A DNA stretch of 64,000 bases, taken from the NCBI GenBank assembly GCA_973895155.1, contig OZ316894.1:20404451-20468450 (forward strand), in the 5' to 3' direction. Origin of the DNA: Marsupella aquatica (lineage: Eukaryota > Plantae > Marchantiophyta). Below, piece after piece: positions 10,211-23,264 of the stretch. Under the pieces are notes generated by a model. It ran no database searches and was not told where the DNA came from. It saw only the letters and a list, made by a program, of their open reading frames with translations. The translations under genes were made by a program, and so were the position numbers. Each line of letters starts with the position of its first letter. The stretch's first letter is position 1.

Positions 10211-12240
10211 TGGGAAAGAAATTGACAAGAAAAAAGAATGGCAGCCCCAAGGCTAAGAAATAAAACCCACAAAGGAAATAGACGGTGCGAGGCAGAAATG
10301 TGTCGAATGTGTAAACACACAGAAAAACCGTCGGCAAAGAAAAGACCCTTAAAAACTCCAATAATACCGGTGTTGTGCTTGCTGGATTGACTGTCTGATG
10401 AATATGCCGGGCCCTCAGCTTTATGTAGATGACACGTGGCGGCAGCAAAGAAATCTGGAAAAATAGGCCCTTAAAAACATAAACCTGGGACCCCCTTAAG
10501 TGTAACATCGGCCCTTTCAAATGTATAAACATGGGGCCCGGTTAAGTGTATACATCGGGCCCCGATGTGGACCCGGGAAGTAGCAAGGAAGACGGAAAAG
10601 AGACCGGGCGCGCGTCGGCAGCAAAATGGTCATAGTGGGGACCGGCCGCGGTGCCCTATGTACATGCCCTCATGTGAGTCGAAAGACTCTTCAATCGTCG
10701 CGCAGCGGAGGAGCGACAAATGAATGGAGAAACAGAAGAAAAACGGCTTTGGCAAGGGCGAAAGGAAAAGACGAGACCCAAGGCGAGGCGAGGAAAAAGA
10801 AAACGGGCCTTTAAGTGCTCGAACCCTGCATAGGGCTTTGCGCACCCTCCCCCTCCTCTAATGCTGCCTAGGGCCTCATGCCTGGCAGGACTGTGACTCC
10901 CGAGAGGAGGGAGTCGAATGTACTCCCCCTCTCCCCCTCTTGTAAATGAAAAATGGGCCTCGTGCCCTCTCCTTGCGCTCCCCCTCCCCTCTTTTAATGT
11001 TGTATTGGGCTTCGTGCCCTCTCCTGGCACCCTCGCTCCCCCTCCTTCTTTAATGCTAACAATGGGCTCCGTGCCCTACAGGGAGACTCCCGAGAGAGGG
11101 AGTCGAATGTACTCCCCCCCTTGAATGCTTTAGAGCTGCCTAGGGCCTCGTGCCCTACTTTCGCTTCAACTCCCCCTCCCCTTGAATGCTTCAGAGCTGC
11201 CTAGGGCCTCGTGCCCTACTTTTGCTTCAACTCCCCCTCCTCCTTCATTCTCCATAGGGCCTCATGCCCTCGGTTCTCGCTCCTTCTCCCCTGTTTTAAT
11301 GCTGCCGAGGATGCTGGCAACGACAGGAAACAAATGAAGGAATGGGCGAGGGAGGAAGAAAAATGTTGAAGGGAGGGCGCGCGGCCCTATGCGCGACCCA
11401 GGGGCAATGATGAGCGCCGCATGTGTATACACAGGCAGGACCGGGAGGCACCTCGCGACGGTAGCTGCGAGGGGAGGCGAAATGAAACAACGGCCGGTGA
11501 GGGAAAAGAAAGAACGGGACCCCAAGGGGTCATGAAAACGTAAAGTGAAGGGAAGGTGGTCGCTCTGCGACCGGAAAACACCAAAAATGGCCCAAAAAAG
11601 GTCGTGGCAGTCAGCAACCGGCAGCCATAGTCGGAAGCAGCAAAGGGTCCCCAGATGCAACCGGAAAGAATCAGGCTCCAATAGGAGCGTTATGTGTATA
11701 CTTATGTTAAGTATACACTTAACACCATATTGAACCCATAATTTCAACCCGTACCTCCATTGTTGCTCAAAGAAATTGCACCGGCTTTGACGGAAATTGT
11801 TTGGACCGACATAGCAGCTGAGAAGCACAATGTCTTTGATCTTCTTCCCTTCACTGCTAACCCGGCGTCAGTTCTTCTTGAATAAAAGGCGTAAGAGAAA
11901 CAATTGTACTGAAATCAAATCGAAAACCGGCAGGATGCCAAGATCGGTCGGGAGCATCTAACGAATCACTATGTGAATCTCGTGTACGGAACCGACGAGC
12001 ACTGTCTGAGCTCTGTCAACAATGATTCAAGAAGAACTGAAAAACCCACAAACAAAGACATGCCCTAAGTAAACAAAGTCCTGGTGTCACACTAACAAGC
12101 GCGTTTTCTTCAAGAACGCCTGGCATTTGCTATAAGAACATGTCGCTAACTCAAGTCGTACACTAGCCCTAACTACATACCTAGCGGGCATGCGAGGGAC
12201 ATGCCGATGTGCATAAGAGGCACTGTCCCTCGGCATGACA
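10211..12240 (-). repeat. Putative 5' LTR (~2.0 kb)
   Basis: Starts TGTCATGCC at 12240, at a sharp switch from CACTA subterminal sequence, and ends CA next to the PBS. The partner LTR is not in the window. Confidence 0.65.
10860..11270. repeat. Internal direct/tandem repeats within the LTR
   Basis: GACTCCCGAGAG..GGGAGTCGAATGTACTCCCCC at ~10895 and ~11085; ~61-bp tandem pair at 11121-11240; recurring GGGCCTCGTGCCCT. Confidence 0.85.
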
Positions 12241-12680
12241 GTTTTACAGAAAACTATATCATATGTTAAGACTAGGGGAGCCATATTAATGGCAAGTGGA
12301 GTTTTTTGGTATCACGAGCCAAGTCATTTTTACAAGAATTTGAGTTGTTTGTAAAGACTAGTTCAAACATTTGTTATGACGGTGGAGTGGAATTTTACAA
12401 AAACTAGTCATATGTTATGACTACTATAGACATCTTTTATGACTAGTGGAGTAATTTGTTTGAACAAGGTGAGTCACTTGTTATGAGTTTTGTTGCAAAA
12501 TTCTAAGTGCACATTGTAATTATTAATGACTTACACAAGAGTCATTCGAATGACTCTCGACCATTTGAGTGGCAAGACAAATGACTTGAGTCTTAGAAAT
12601 GACTCAAGTGAAAGTGAGTCCTAAGTGAGTCATACGCTAGTCCTAAGTGCAGTCACAATTGACCCCGTTTTCTACTAGTG
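12241..12680. mobile_element. CACTA (En/Spm) element right end with subterminal repeats
   Basis: TTTTCTACTAGTG at 12668-12680 is the reverse complement of CACTAGTAGAAAA. It is preceded by many GACTAGT/GAGTCA/TGACT motifs. Confidence 0.75.
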
Positions 12681-12797
12681 GGTGTGGAGGATATTTTGTG
12701 TATGTGTGGGTAGGGTGTAGTGGTGGGAGTCATGTTTTCTCCTCAGCCCCAGCCTGGCTAACCTGCTTTGGGGCCCTGGTTCTACCCTCACTCCCTC

Positions 12798-13139
12798 TGT
12801 TAGGGTTAGCTCTAGTCTTGGGTTAACTGATAGTTACTTAGGCTAAACCACCATTAGGGTGTTAATGGTGATTAGCCCCGACTCTTGCATCTAGCATATA
12901 GAGGGTTTAGGGAAAGCTCTTCTTGGAGACTCATGCTCATTGTTGAGGGGGCTAGCTAGGTGCTAGGTGGAGTACTTATACAAGAGGCTTTGTGTGGCCA
13001 TGGTGGCCAAAGCTTAGTCTTTAAAGGCACTTGCATTCTGTGGACGTAGCCTTGACAAAGGTGAACCATGTATATCTTGTGTTGGTGTGTGCGTGTTTCT
13101 TGGTTCTGCTCTTAGTTGAATCGTGCTGATTTTCCAACA
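12798..13139 (+). mobile_element. Solo LTR (342 bp)
   Basis: TGTT...AACA ends; perfect 5-bp TSD CCCTC (12793-12797, 13140-13144); U5-type motif GTGGACGTAGCC...GGTGAACCATGTA. Confidence 0.85.
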
Positions 13140-14263
13140 CCCTCCTGGTCTGGGTATGTCACTATCGGATCCTTTGGTATTGTCCCCTTGTGGCTACCCT
13201 ACATAAAATTGTATGCTCCCAAGCATACCATCTATCCTGTGTTGGATAGGTCTGCTTCTGGCTTTCAAGGCAAACTGGTAAAACTGGGAGACAAGATCCT
13301 AAAGGATTGCAATCCCATGAAAGGGAGAAAACAAGGATAAATCCCCAAGAAGACCAAAGAGCCAAAACGCCTACCAGTCCGTAACAACAGCAAATAAACT
13401 AAAGCTCTACTATAGGAGAGTGAGGAAGTTAACCCCAACAGTTGTTGGTCATGGCCCATAGGAGTGAATCAGAGTGGCCTCTCTGATTTCAAACATCATT
13501 GTGGCAGTGAACTTTTTCTCTCACCCGCCAAGTTGGTAAATTTCTGCTTGGCTGACCTTCCTGAGTTACTCTTTTTCACTTGACAGCATTGCCGAGCTGG
13601 AAAATATCCACTCAACTAACCTTACTAACTTGCTTTTTCAACTCGGCCGCCTCGGTGAATAGGAAACTTCCAGTCATGCCCAGAGAGACATGACCATGTG
13701 GTAGCTCACTTGAGTAGAGACTGATAGGTATCCGGTTCAACTATTGTGGCTGAATCTTCCCTGTGGGGTTTCACAAATTTCCCCTTAATAAAAAGAAAAC
13801 AAAAAAACTTCCACTAGCAAACAACTGATGTGAGCAACTAAGACCTAATTCAGATGAGTGATAACTAATTGGGGTACACTCCAGGAAAGTGAGTGGGGAA
13901 GCAGAGGGAAAAAACGGGTTCCATGGAGTCATGCCCTCAGGTGGGAAGAGGAGGTGGTCGAGTCGTTCATGAGAATTTGCAAGCCACTGTTCGAGGTCTG
14001 TAACTTAGGTCACGATAGGCATGCGGATCTGATTCGTATCGAATTGGAATTGAAAGCGGACGAATGCTAAATGCCCAGCAGCATTAGCGAAGTAAGGGTT
14101 CATCATTCCACGAAGAGGAATTAGATTAGCACGAAAAGGAGAGAAATAGGAAGCGGTAGCAGGCAGGAAACGGAAGGGGAACAAAAGGGCCGAAGAGCCG
14201 GCAGCGGACGAATTGCTGAAGTTGGTGGAGTGGGAAGTGGATTGAAGTAGAAAATTAGGAAGG

Positions 14264-17198
14264 ATGCCACCGAAAGCAGCGCCTGCCAAGGGAGGAGGTA
14301 AGGAGAAGTCGAAGGCGGATTTGGCCAAGAAGCAGAAGGTGGTAGAAGATAAGACTTTCGGATTGAAGAATAAGAACAAGAGCAAAAATGTGCAGAAGTA
14401 TGTGCAGAGCCTCCACCAATCCGTGCAACCAAAAGTCAGTGCAGCTACTGATCCCAAAGCCGCCGCTAAGGTGAGTAGGATCACTTCATACAATGACCTT
14501 TCCCTGGGGAGTTCATCATCTCGTTGCACTGTTATTATTGTTGCTCTGTGATCTTGGGTGCTTCGGGTGTTCTGAAGTTCTCGATGACTGGCAAGTGGTC
14601 TGAGTTTTGTTCGTGAAAATGTGCAGAAGAAGAAGGAGGAAGAGGCGCAGCGGGATAAAGAGTTGAATGATTTGTTTAAAGTTGCTATCAGCCAGCCGAA
14701 GGTTCCACTTGGTATTGTCCAGGACTGAGATTCTTAGTTAGGGTTTCGATTGGATTTGGCTTTTTTGGCAAAAGGTCTGGAGGCTCGTGAAATTACTGTT
14801 ATGTTTCGATGGATTTGAGAGCTTGAGAGCTTGAGAGCTGTGCCCATCCAGTTTGAGAGGTTCATGCCTAGGATGTGATTGATTACTTCGCATTAAAGTT
14901 TTAGGGTTTAAGTAAACACGGCAAGGGTTTCTGATGAAGCAATATGGGCTTGACCTTTTGGATTTTGTTTCGAGCAGGTGTTGATCCCAAGTCAATTGTG
15001 TGCGAGTTCTTCAGGCGGGGACAGTGTGCGAAGGGATTTAAGTGCAAGTTTTCTCACGATTTGAATGTCGAACGTAAAGGAGAGAAGATCGACCTTTACA
15101 GTGACCAGCGTGATGGAGGTATACATTGGCCTGAAATCTTGCGGCTTTTCTTTGCGTTATTGATGAGCGATGTTGGGGATTAATCTCGATCGGTTTGCTT
15201 GAATCTTCAGAGGAGAATATGGAAGACTGGGACCAGGAAACCTTGGAGAAAGTTGTGGCGTCGAAAGGAGAAGAATACTCGAACAACAAACCTACGGAGA
15301 TTGTATGTTCAGCGTGCATTGTTACCGCTCTTGTGTGTTGAAGTGTTAATAGGTCCGGTATCACTGGTCTTGTTGTTGTAAGTAAGCCGACAAATGTCTT
15401 CTTCTGCACGTTATGATCCGCACTTGTCGGGGTCATGTTCACAATTGAAACTGTGGGAAAATGTGGCCGCGGCTCGTGATATAATTACAACCTGGCCATA
15501 CCTCCGTGATCTTTGACCGTAGATAAATAGACTTCGACGAGAGTTTCAGGACTGGGTCCAGGTCCCTGACTCTTTTTGTGATAGAATGTATTCATGTGAT
15601 ATATCTTTCACTTTAGTTTGGAAAACGTTCAGAGGGTTAACTGATAGGCGTAGTGAAGTTTGCATAGGTAAAGAGTACTGGCGTTCTGCATTTATTACTT
15701 TTGGCTACTTTTGCATGTCTCTTATTTTTGCTTCGAAAGGATTATTTTCCGATACCATTTTGGAATTTGAAGTATCTCGCTCATTCTGATTTGTGTGTTT
15801 TGTCTATCATGTCAGGTTTGTAAGCATTTTCTCGACGCAGTTGAGAAGAAGCAGTATGGTTGGTTCTGGGTTTGTCCAAATGGTGGCAAGGATTGCCACT
15901 ATCGACATGCTTTGCCTCCTGGCTATGTACTTAAGTCTCAGATGAAGGCTTTACTTGAAGAAGAGGGTGAAAAACTCACCATAGAAGAAGAGATTGAAAA
16001 TCAGGTATGCCATGCAACAATGTCTGTACCTTCAACTGGCCATTACATTCTGGGAGCTGTGCGATTGTCTCGTCGAGAGTCACTGTAACCAATACTGTCT
16101 GCTTTAAATTTGATCTTGTTAACTGTAGTATTGGCTAACAGTAGTGCTCGTAAACACTCGAGAAATTATTTCTGAGGCTCTGTTTAATTTCCTGTTTGCC
16201 AGAGACACGCCGTTAAGACATCAACTCCAATCACTGCAGAATTGTTTTCAGATTGGAAGACAAAGAAAACGGAGCAAAGGGAAGCAGAGCTGGCAGCCAA
16301 GAAGGCTGAAAGGGCCAAGGCTGATAGGATGAGGTCAGCCATTCTTTTTTATTATGGAGTCCTGGTCCTGCTTGATTGGTTCAAGTTTACTTTCCTTTTA
16401 AGTGGTTGCTCATGGTTTTAATTTCTCTCTGTTCTATTTCAGTGGAAGGGAGCTGTTTGCGGCAGATGCAAGCTTGTTTGTGGATGATGCGGAAGCTTTT
16501 GATGAGTACGAAAGAGACGAAGAAGAGCAAGAACAAATTCAATCTTCAAGTCAAAACCAGAATGCTCAGGTACATTAATTTATTAGGCTTTCCAGCCGAT
16601 CCGCAGTTTTGGTGATGCTCCTGGTTTAAAAGTCATTATGGTTTTAAAACTCCTTGTTGTGCTGAAACGTTTGTTACAACTAAGTTCAAGAACATATTTT
16701 AACAATCCGAAGACTGAAGGACTAATGGAGCGAACTCTACGTTACAGTCTGCCATGTCTCTGAACGCAAATGTTTGTTTTGCATCTCAGCTGATATATGT
16801 TTATTGTCGGCGGTTGTACAGTTTCTTGATGGTCTTGGGTATCAGTGAATGGTCACATCAGACCTTTATTCTTGCTGTGACGTTGGATGATCTAAACAGA
16901 ATTTATTGGTGCTAGATGTTCGGTTGATTATTCTAATTGATGTGGGTACAAATTCAGTGAGTATCCCTTATCCCTGATGGTCTGCTTCTTGTGAATTCTG
17001 CTGGCAATGCAGCATGCTCCACAAAGTTCGCAGAGTCGGACAGGAAACGAAGCAGGTGCGCCACCAGTTGGTAGAATCTCCGACAAAATTACCGAAGAAG
17101 AGCTGCAACTCCTTGCCGAGGATGACGACGAGTTGGACATCGACGAGTTGGATGAGCTGGAAAAGAGCATTGCCAAAACTTCCTTGGATGACACGTAA
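14264..17198 (+). CDS. CCCH zinc-finger protein, ZC3H15/DFRP1/TMA46 family (plant C3H11-like), 8 exons
   Basis: MPPK...[71 protein letters not shown]. Approximate exons 14264-14470, 14627-14711, 14978-15118, 15211-15302, 15816-16004, 16203-16333, 16443-16569, 17013-17198, with GT-AG introns. Confidence 0.93.
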
Positions 17199-18895
17199 GT
17201 GAGAATGTCTTACTGCATAAATTATGCTGACAGTGGCTTCAATTTTGCCTGAATTTTCTGATGGTTGTTGTCCATGGACCAGTTGGGATGGCTAGCAGTA
17301 TCTCTGGAGGCACCCTGTCTTCGTTGCACAATTCACGTGGCACCACTGGAGCAACGGGTCCAAAGGTCTACACATCACTACCTTCGTGAAGGTACTGGCA
17401 TGTTGGTTCATGTTGCTCCTGTGAAGAAGCTGGTTGAGTCAACTTTGACCTTCCATATGGTTTCCATGGGGCTTTACCAGAGAGATTCTCTTCGATTAGA
17501 TTTAAAGGGATTTTGCAATGGATATTTCTGTTGTGAGGTCCATCCACCTTATTGAGAGAAGCAGTTGTACAGGTGAAAGAGTGAGTGTCCACACACTTAG
17601 CTGAGAGAGTTTGCGATTGTGGGAGCACACGACGTGTAATTCTGTGATAATTTGTTATCACCTTTATTACTTGATCTCATGATGTTCACGATTATGCTGT
17701 CATGTCCGCAGTTTGTTGGCTTCTAGATCAGGTCATTTGTGTTTTGAGCGAATTTTGAGCGAATTTTTGAACGGTCTACCATTTTTGTCATGCTTGACAT
17801 TTTCTCTATTTTGGTTTTTCTTTCTCTTTCACCTGCAAGTATGTGATGAAAATATGTTATGGTATTGTGGGAGCAGATGCCCTGGGTGGTCATCGACAAG
17901 CTCTGGTTATGCCTTTATAGAAACGTTTAAGCCAGACTTTTTCTATGATATTCGAATATTCCTAGCAAGGTCATGAGGACCACTTATGTGTTACGCTTTT
18001 TAAGTAGAACCATGGAATAACAATCGGGTCCTGTTTTGAAGATTGTCGCAAGAAACATCTCAGTTGAGTTGCTGTCTTTTTCAGTTTCTACCATAGTACC
18101 AGATCCCAATGTATGCAGAGAGATTTATACTTCATATAACGTCCTGATATACAGGTCCTATGATTATACACTCACAACATCTATGTTTTGACCATAAAAA
18201 CAAGTAGAGCTCATTCATAAGCCCTTATGCATAGCATCCAATCGTTTCAATTCATCAAATAATCATCAATCATCGTGAGATCATGCACGAAGTGTCTACA
18301 GTTGCATGGTCAACACTCTGCTACAGGGATAACTCATCATTGAGATATGGTCGACATTCTACGGTCATACTGAATCATTCAGTCCCTTCCTCTAGTTATG
18401 CATCTGTATGCTCATCGTCCAGGTGTTAAATCTCGTTGTACATTGCATTGCATGAGAACATAATATTTCTTATCCTTCCCTGCCAGTTGGATATGGCTCA
18501 CAACATATGCTTTTCTTTTTCGCAAAGGATCGATTTTACGGACAGACCATTTGTCTCATCGTCCAGGTGTGAAATCGTACATTACATGTACATTGCATGA
18601 TAGCGTTCTTTAGATCTTTCCAAGTCAGCTGGATCACACTCACAACAAACGCTTTTCTTTTTCGCAAAATGATTAGTTTGCCGAGAGACTGTCTGTCTGG
18701 GTATGTTAGATCGTACATTGAAAACATTAGAAGCACTAAGTAATCTTCGAGACTGTAATCTCGAACTTTGGTTGGTTCTGGGCGGTTTACTCTAGGTAAG
18801 GGTCAATTCACCTGAGCACATAGACCTTCCACTCCTCAGGGGTAAGGTGATCAAATATCCATTCCTAGGGTATTTCAGCTCCTGTCCCGAGTATC

Positions 18896-19350
18896 CCATG
18901 TTTCTGCAGCCACATCCTGACAGGTATGGGGAGACCCACGTTGTTTTAAGGGTGGCTTTACAGGGAGCGGATGGACAGTAGGATGGCCTCGTTGTAATCC
19001 AAGAAAGCCTATCCCATGTTTCTGCAGCCATGTCCTGACAGGTATGGGGAGATCCACGTTGCTTCAAGGGTGGCTTTACAGGGGGTGGATGGACAGTAGG
19101 ATGGCCTCATTGTAATCCAAGAAAGCCTATACCATGTTTCTGCAGCCATGTCCTGACAGGTATGAGGAGATCCACGTTGTTTCAAGGGTGGCTTTACAGG
19201 ATGGCTTTACAGGGAGCGGATGGACAGTAGGATGGCCTCATTGTAATCCAAGAAAGCCTATGCCATGTTTCTGCAGCCATGTCCTGACAGGTATGTGGAG
19301 ATCCACGTTGTTTCAAGGGTGGCTTTACAGGGAGCGGATGGACAGTCGGA
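18896..19350. repeat. Tandem repeat, ~118-bp unit, ~3.8 copies
   Basis: CCATGTTTCTGCAGCCA... recurs at 18896, 19014, 19132 and 19263. The third copy has an internal 13-bp duplication (TGGCTTTACAGG). Confidence 0.95.
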
Positions 19351-20418
19351 TATTTCCCAGACCAAAATTTTAGTGGACTACTTTTAGCCAAAAATCCACC
19401 TTCCAGGCCTGGAATGGTTGTTAGAAGTCTTATACAGTGAAGTCCAGCCATCCACCTTAATGTAATTTTGGGATGGCGTCTTGGTCTAGAATTGGAAATA
19501 CTTGTTTGTCTTATTCTTCTAAAGTCATCGAGAAAATGAATACTCATTCTTGTAAAGGTCCCCTAAGCAAACCTGCTAAATTCTGATGTAATCAAGCAAG
19601 CTGTCTTATAGTACTGAATCCTAAAAGTAGGTGTGTATCCCACGTGGGCATTTGTGTCTCCCACTTGAATCCAAACTTGCCCGAATACCAGGGTGTGTGC
19701 ACACAAAGGGTCCCTGGACCCAGATTTCCATGCTCATCCCTACTCATAAACATAATTTGAAATTCCAATGTTTTCTGATACCAGAGAAGTTATGCCTATG
19801 GTTTCACTCTAGGTGGTAGGTCATGAATGGTGCAAATTCTCGTGCAAAAAATGTATTTGTATAGTCCTCTGTGATAAGTCCTCTGGTCATGCGTCTTGAG
19901 TTCAGGAGTTCACTCTGTGGTAGTGTCTGCCCTGCCAGTTCAATGCACGTCGCTTCTCAGTCCTCTGGAGTGGCATGCTCCCATCCTTTCTACACTTTGA
20001 GAACAAACAGCCGGCAAGGATCAAAATGCGAGGCCTTTGTTAGATGGTGAACCCTCATTGTGAGTCTTCCTCTGTATTTTCATTGAAGGCCATGGCCATA
20101 CCCTCATCCCAAGTGTGGCCCCAAGATTGTCTGATTTAAATCCCTTTGGTACTAGCATGAATCAAGGTCACAACTCCTTCTTTGAAGACAGAGAAGGACA
20201 GTTTACGCTCAGTCACCCAACTGGCTTTGTTTGGTCCCCTCCCATTTTTGGCTTGCCCTCTCTCTGGGAGTCTGGTAGGGTGGATCCTCCTTTTCTCTGG
20301 GTGTGCTCCCTCTCATTTGCCCCCATTAATTTCTTTGTCCCTTGCCTCCTCCTTTTGGGCAGTTGTCTTGTTTGCCCAGGTCTCCCCGTAATCAAGTTTT
20401 GGGGTCATCCCCTTTCCC

Positions 20419-20503
20419 GTTATACGTAGTAGCTACTGCCTAATACCCTAAACCCTAAACCCTCCATGTTTTAGGGTATTAGGGAGTAGCTACTACGTAT
20501 AAC
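20419..20503. repeat. Near-perfect inverted repeat (34-bp arms)
   Basis: 20419-20452 versus 20470-20503 with one mismatch; CCCTAAA telomere-type units at the stem/loop junction. Confidence 0.9.
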
Positions 20504-20829
20504 CCACCATATCTGTCTTCTTGTACTGTGTTGTGGATACCGTCTTTCACCACGGATACTGATTTCTTCCCCATTGGTGAGTTCCATGTGTTTATTGAGA
20601 GAGAGAGAATCTACAAATGCAAACATTCTTGACCAGCTCATTTTATCTTCAACTCCTAGAATTACTTGATCCTTATGTCAACATTCTTGCCGATGTCCAT
20701 AAAATGGAGCAAACAGATTTCGAGGAAAATGGAATGAACAGTGGCACCGTGATTTCATCAAAAAGTGAGCAGCCATTGCATCTACCTTTTCAATTTACAA
20801 TAAGCCTTGCTAGTAATTGGCCTCATGTG

Positions 20830-21172
20830 TGTTAGGTATTTACTCATGGTCTAGGGTTACGACATGTAACCATAGTTAGGCTAACCATAGTTGGAGACGT
20901 GGTTAGGTTAACTAGAATGCACACTATATGCCAAACGGTGTTTGTTTGGATAAGTGGAACTTAGGCTCATTGTTATGGAGTCACTTGAGAGATGAGGAGA
21001 GCTTACACTGTGGAGACTTGGTATGGCCGACGGGCTTAGAGTTCAGTAAAGCTCTTTTGTGTGTTCCCGTGGACGTAGCCTCGAGGAGGTGAATCACGTA
21101 TCTCTTGTGTCGACTATTTGCGCATTGGATGTGTCATGTGCTTACCGTTACGAGTGTCGTCTATGCTCAACA
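20830..21172 (+). mobile_element. Solo LTR (343 bp)
   Basis: TGTT...AACA ends; perfect TSD ATGTG (20825-20829, 21173-21177); CCCGTGGACGTAGCC...GGTGAATCACGTA motif. Confidence 0.87.
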
Positions 21173-21277
21173 ATGTGAAATTGAGATGACAAGAGTATAT
21201 TTTTATGTTGCCTCTACCTACAAAACCTGGAAAATACCTTTTGGGGGAGGAGGCGGTTAGAAGAAAGAGAGGACATA

Positions 21278-21435
21278 GCCACTAAAGATGATTGAATTTA
21301 CAATACTGCCACCGTTTAGTATATAGTTCCCCTAGTTACCTTGGTGAACTTGTCATCCATATTAAAACCCATGGCATTTTATAGATACAAAAAAAAAAAA
21401 GTGGCAGTGTTGTCAATTATAACATCTTTAATGGC
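21278..21435. mobile_element. Degenerate MITE-like foldback
   Basis: Imperfect ~35-bp inverted arms GCCACTAAAGATG..CAATACTGCCAC and GTGGCAGTGTTG..CATCTTTAATGGC. No clear TSD. Confidence 0.5.
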
Positions 21436-23122
21436 AAAGTAATTTAAAGCTAGTTTCCAAAATTCTGCTTCACAACCATTCATATAAAGTGACTGGTCCA
21501 TTTTTGCTTCACATGAATTGAGAGGTCCCTTGTACAATAAATCTCCCAATCCTACATGGACATTGTAATAGTGACCAAAGTTTAGACCACCTCTTGAGGT
21601 GGTATTTTGAAAAGATCTATCAATCTCTTCTCATCTTCTCTTCTCATTCTGTCAGTAGAGTTGTAAATGCAATATCTGACCAGCTTTTGTGGGCAGGAGA
21701 CAGTCTAAATGGACAAGTGGATCAGGTATTGTAAAACACAAGCGATCTCTCATTCTGTTCTCTTTGTGTTGAAGTGAAGTCCTTCACTCTAGATTTGTGT
21801 TATCCTAGTCAAATTTCTGCCCTAAATTGGTGTAATTCAAGTCAAAATTGATGTACTCCTATACATTAACAAATCCTATCTGCTCAACAGTTTGGAATGG
21901 AGATCCCATGTTTTTCTTCAATAAATCTAGAAAATAGCTGGAATCTGAAGCCTGGATGGACTGAGCCTGTGAACCATACAATCCCATGGTCCATGACACC
22001 TTATACAGTGGCACTTGCTCACTTTCTCGCTTCTGAAAGTTTATATCAGTAAGCTTTGACCTTCAATTGATCCTGTGATACACAGTGGAAAAAAGCTGTC
22101 CTTGAGGTCATAGAAAAATGCTTGGAGGGATCTTTCCATCACAGCTTATATTGCCACATTAATTATGAGAGAGCTGTGAATTCCAAAGGTCACTCACTGT
22201 ACACTCTGCCCTGTGTGGATCAGTAAACTTCCACCTTCAATTATATCACAATTCCTCCCTTGAATGGAGTGGAATTGGCTGTCCTTGGATTCATAAGAAG
22301 CAGTTGAAAAGATTTTTCAAACAAGTCTAATATTATCAACTTTCCTAAAAACGGAAAGAGCTACAAGGTTTTGAAGATGACTTATTGTTGACTCATTGTT
22401 TTCTGTCACATTTGACTCTCTGGTGCAAGTTGATGGGTTTTCAAGATTGTAAGCTACTTTCTGTCAAATATCATTCTCCCGTCCAAGAAGATTGTAATCT
22501 ACAATGCGAAGCTGATTTCTGGTGAGAAGTTCAATTACCAAGTATGATTTGGGGTTGAGTTTCATTTGACAATTTCAATATGTGTTGAGTTGGATTATCC
22601 AGTGTGAAGCTGATTGTAAGGGTTGGGGCTGAGTTTCATTTGACCATTTTATTGTGCATTGAGTACAATTACCCAGTAAGGGTTGGGGTGGAGTTTCATT
22701 TGGCCATAGCTGCTTATTACAATACACTAAAACCGCGGCTACCAGTTACAATACACTAGAAAAAAAAGGCGTTATCAGACTCTACAGAAACCATACCTGC
22801 TTCTTAAGACTGGGTATATACTGCTGACAGCACCCAGTAACGTTTGGAGATGCCCCAAAAAAGGCTTTGGAACAAGTGATTACCTGTCACTCAAGTTTTC
22901 GGAAAACCTTCGATTCAGAAGCACTCTCCCACAGACACAATTTGGATCTGCCGAGTGCCAACCTAAGTTTAGACATGCGCTTCCCGTGATTCTAAATAGG
23001 TTGTCTGGCTTCCGTTGCGATGTGCTCAGATTGAATGGGAGTCCGCGACTCGACCGCCCTCAGCAGAAAAGGTATAGTTTCGCTCCAATCCAAACTTATC
23101 GAGCGCTATGTTGGAACTTTCA

Positions 23123-23264
23123 ACACCATGAACCAGCTAGGAATTGAACCCAGGCTCCTCCCGCGTCCAGGTCCCTCGCCATCTCTGGTTCGAGTGCAGT
23201 TCATTTCCAAACACCCCTTGAGCCACACTTGTTGCAAGAGAATTCCTGATCTATGGCTCTGACA
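23123..23264 (-). mobile_element. Candidate tRNA-derived SINE
   Basis: Minus-strand A-box-like TGGCTCAAGGGG and B box GGTTCAATTCC, flanked by a 17-bp direct repeat CTATGTTGGAA(C/G)TTTCA at 23106-23122 and 23265-23281. No poly-A tail. Confidence 0.45.

Larger units (their letters stand above)
3630..12240 (-). mobile_element. Ty3/gypsy LTR retrotransposon (degenerate) encoding a C5 DNA methyltransferase: LTR-PBS-gag-PR-DNMT-RT-RH-INT
   Basis: Domain order PR-RT-RH-INT is gypsy type. LTR TG..CA ends and a PBS are visible. Several premature stops and frameshifts. The 3' part is interrupted at 3629. Confidence 0.93.

Noticed and set aside
18896-19350. CRISPR array or 5S rDNA
   Set aside because: Whole units repeat with no unique spacers, there are no cas genes, and no 5S rRNA sequence is recognisable.
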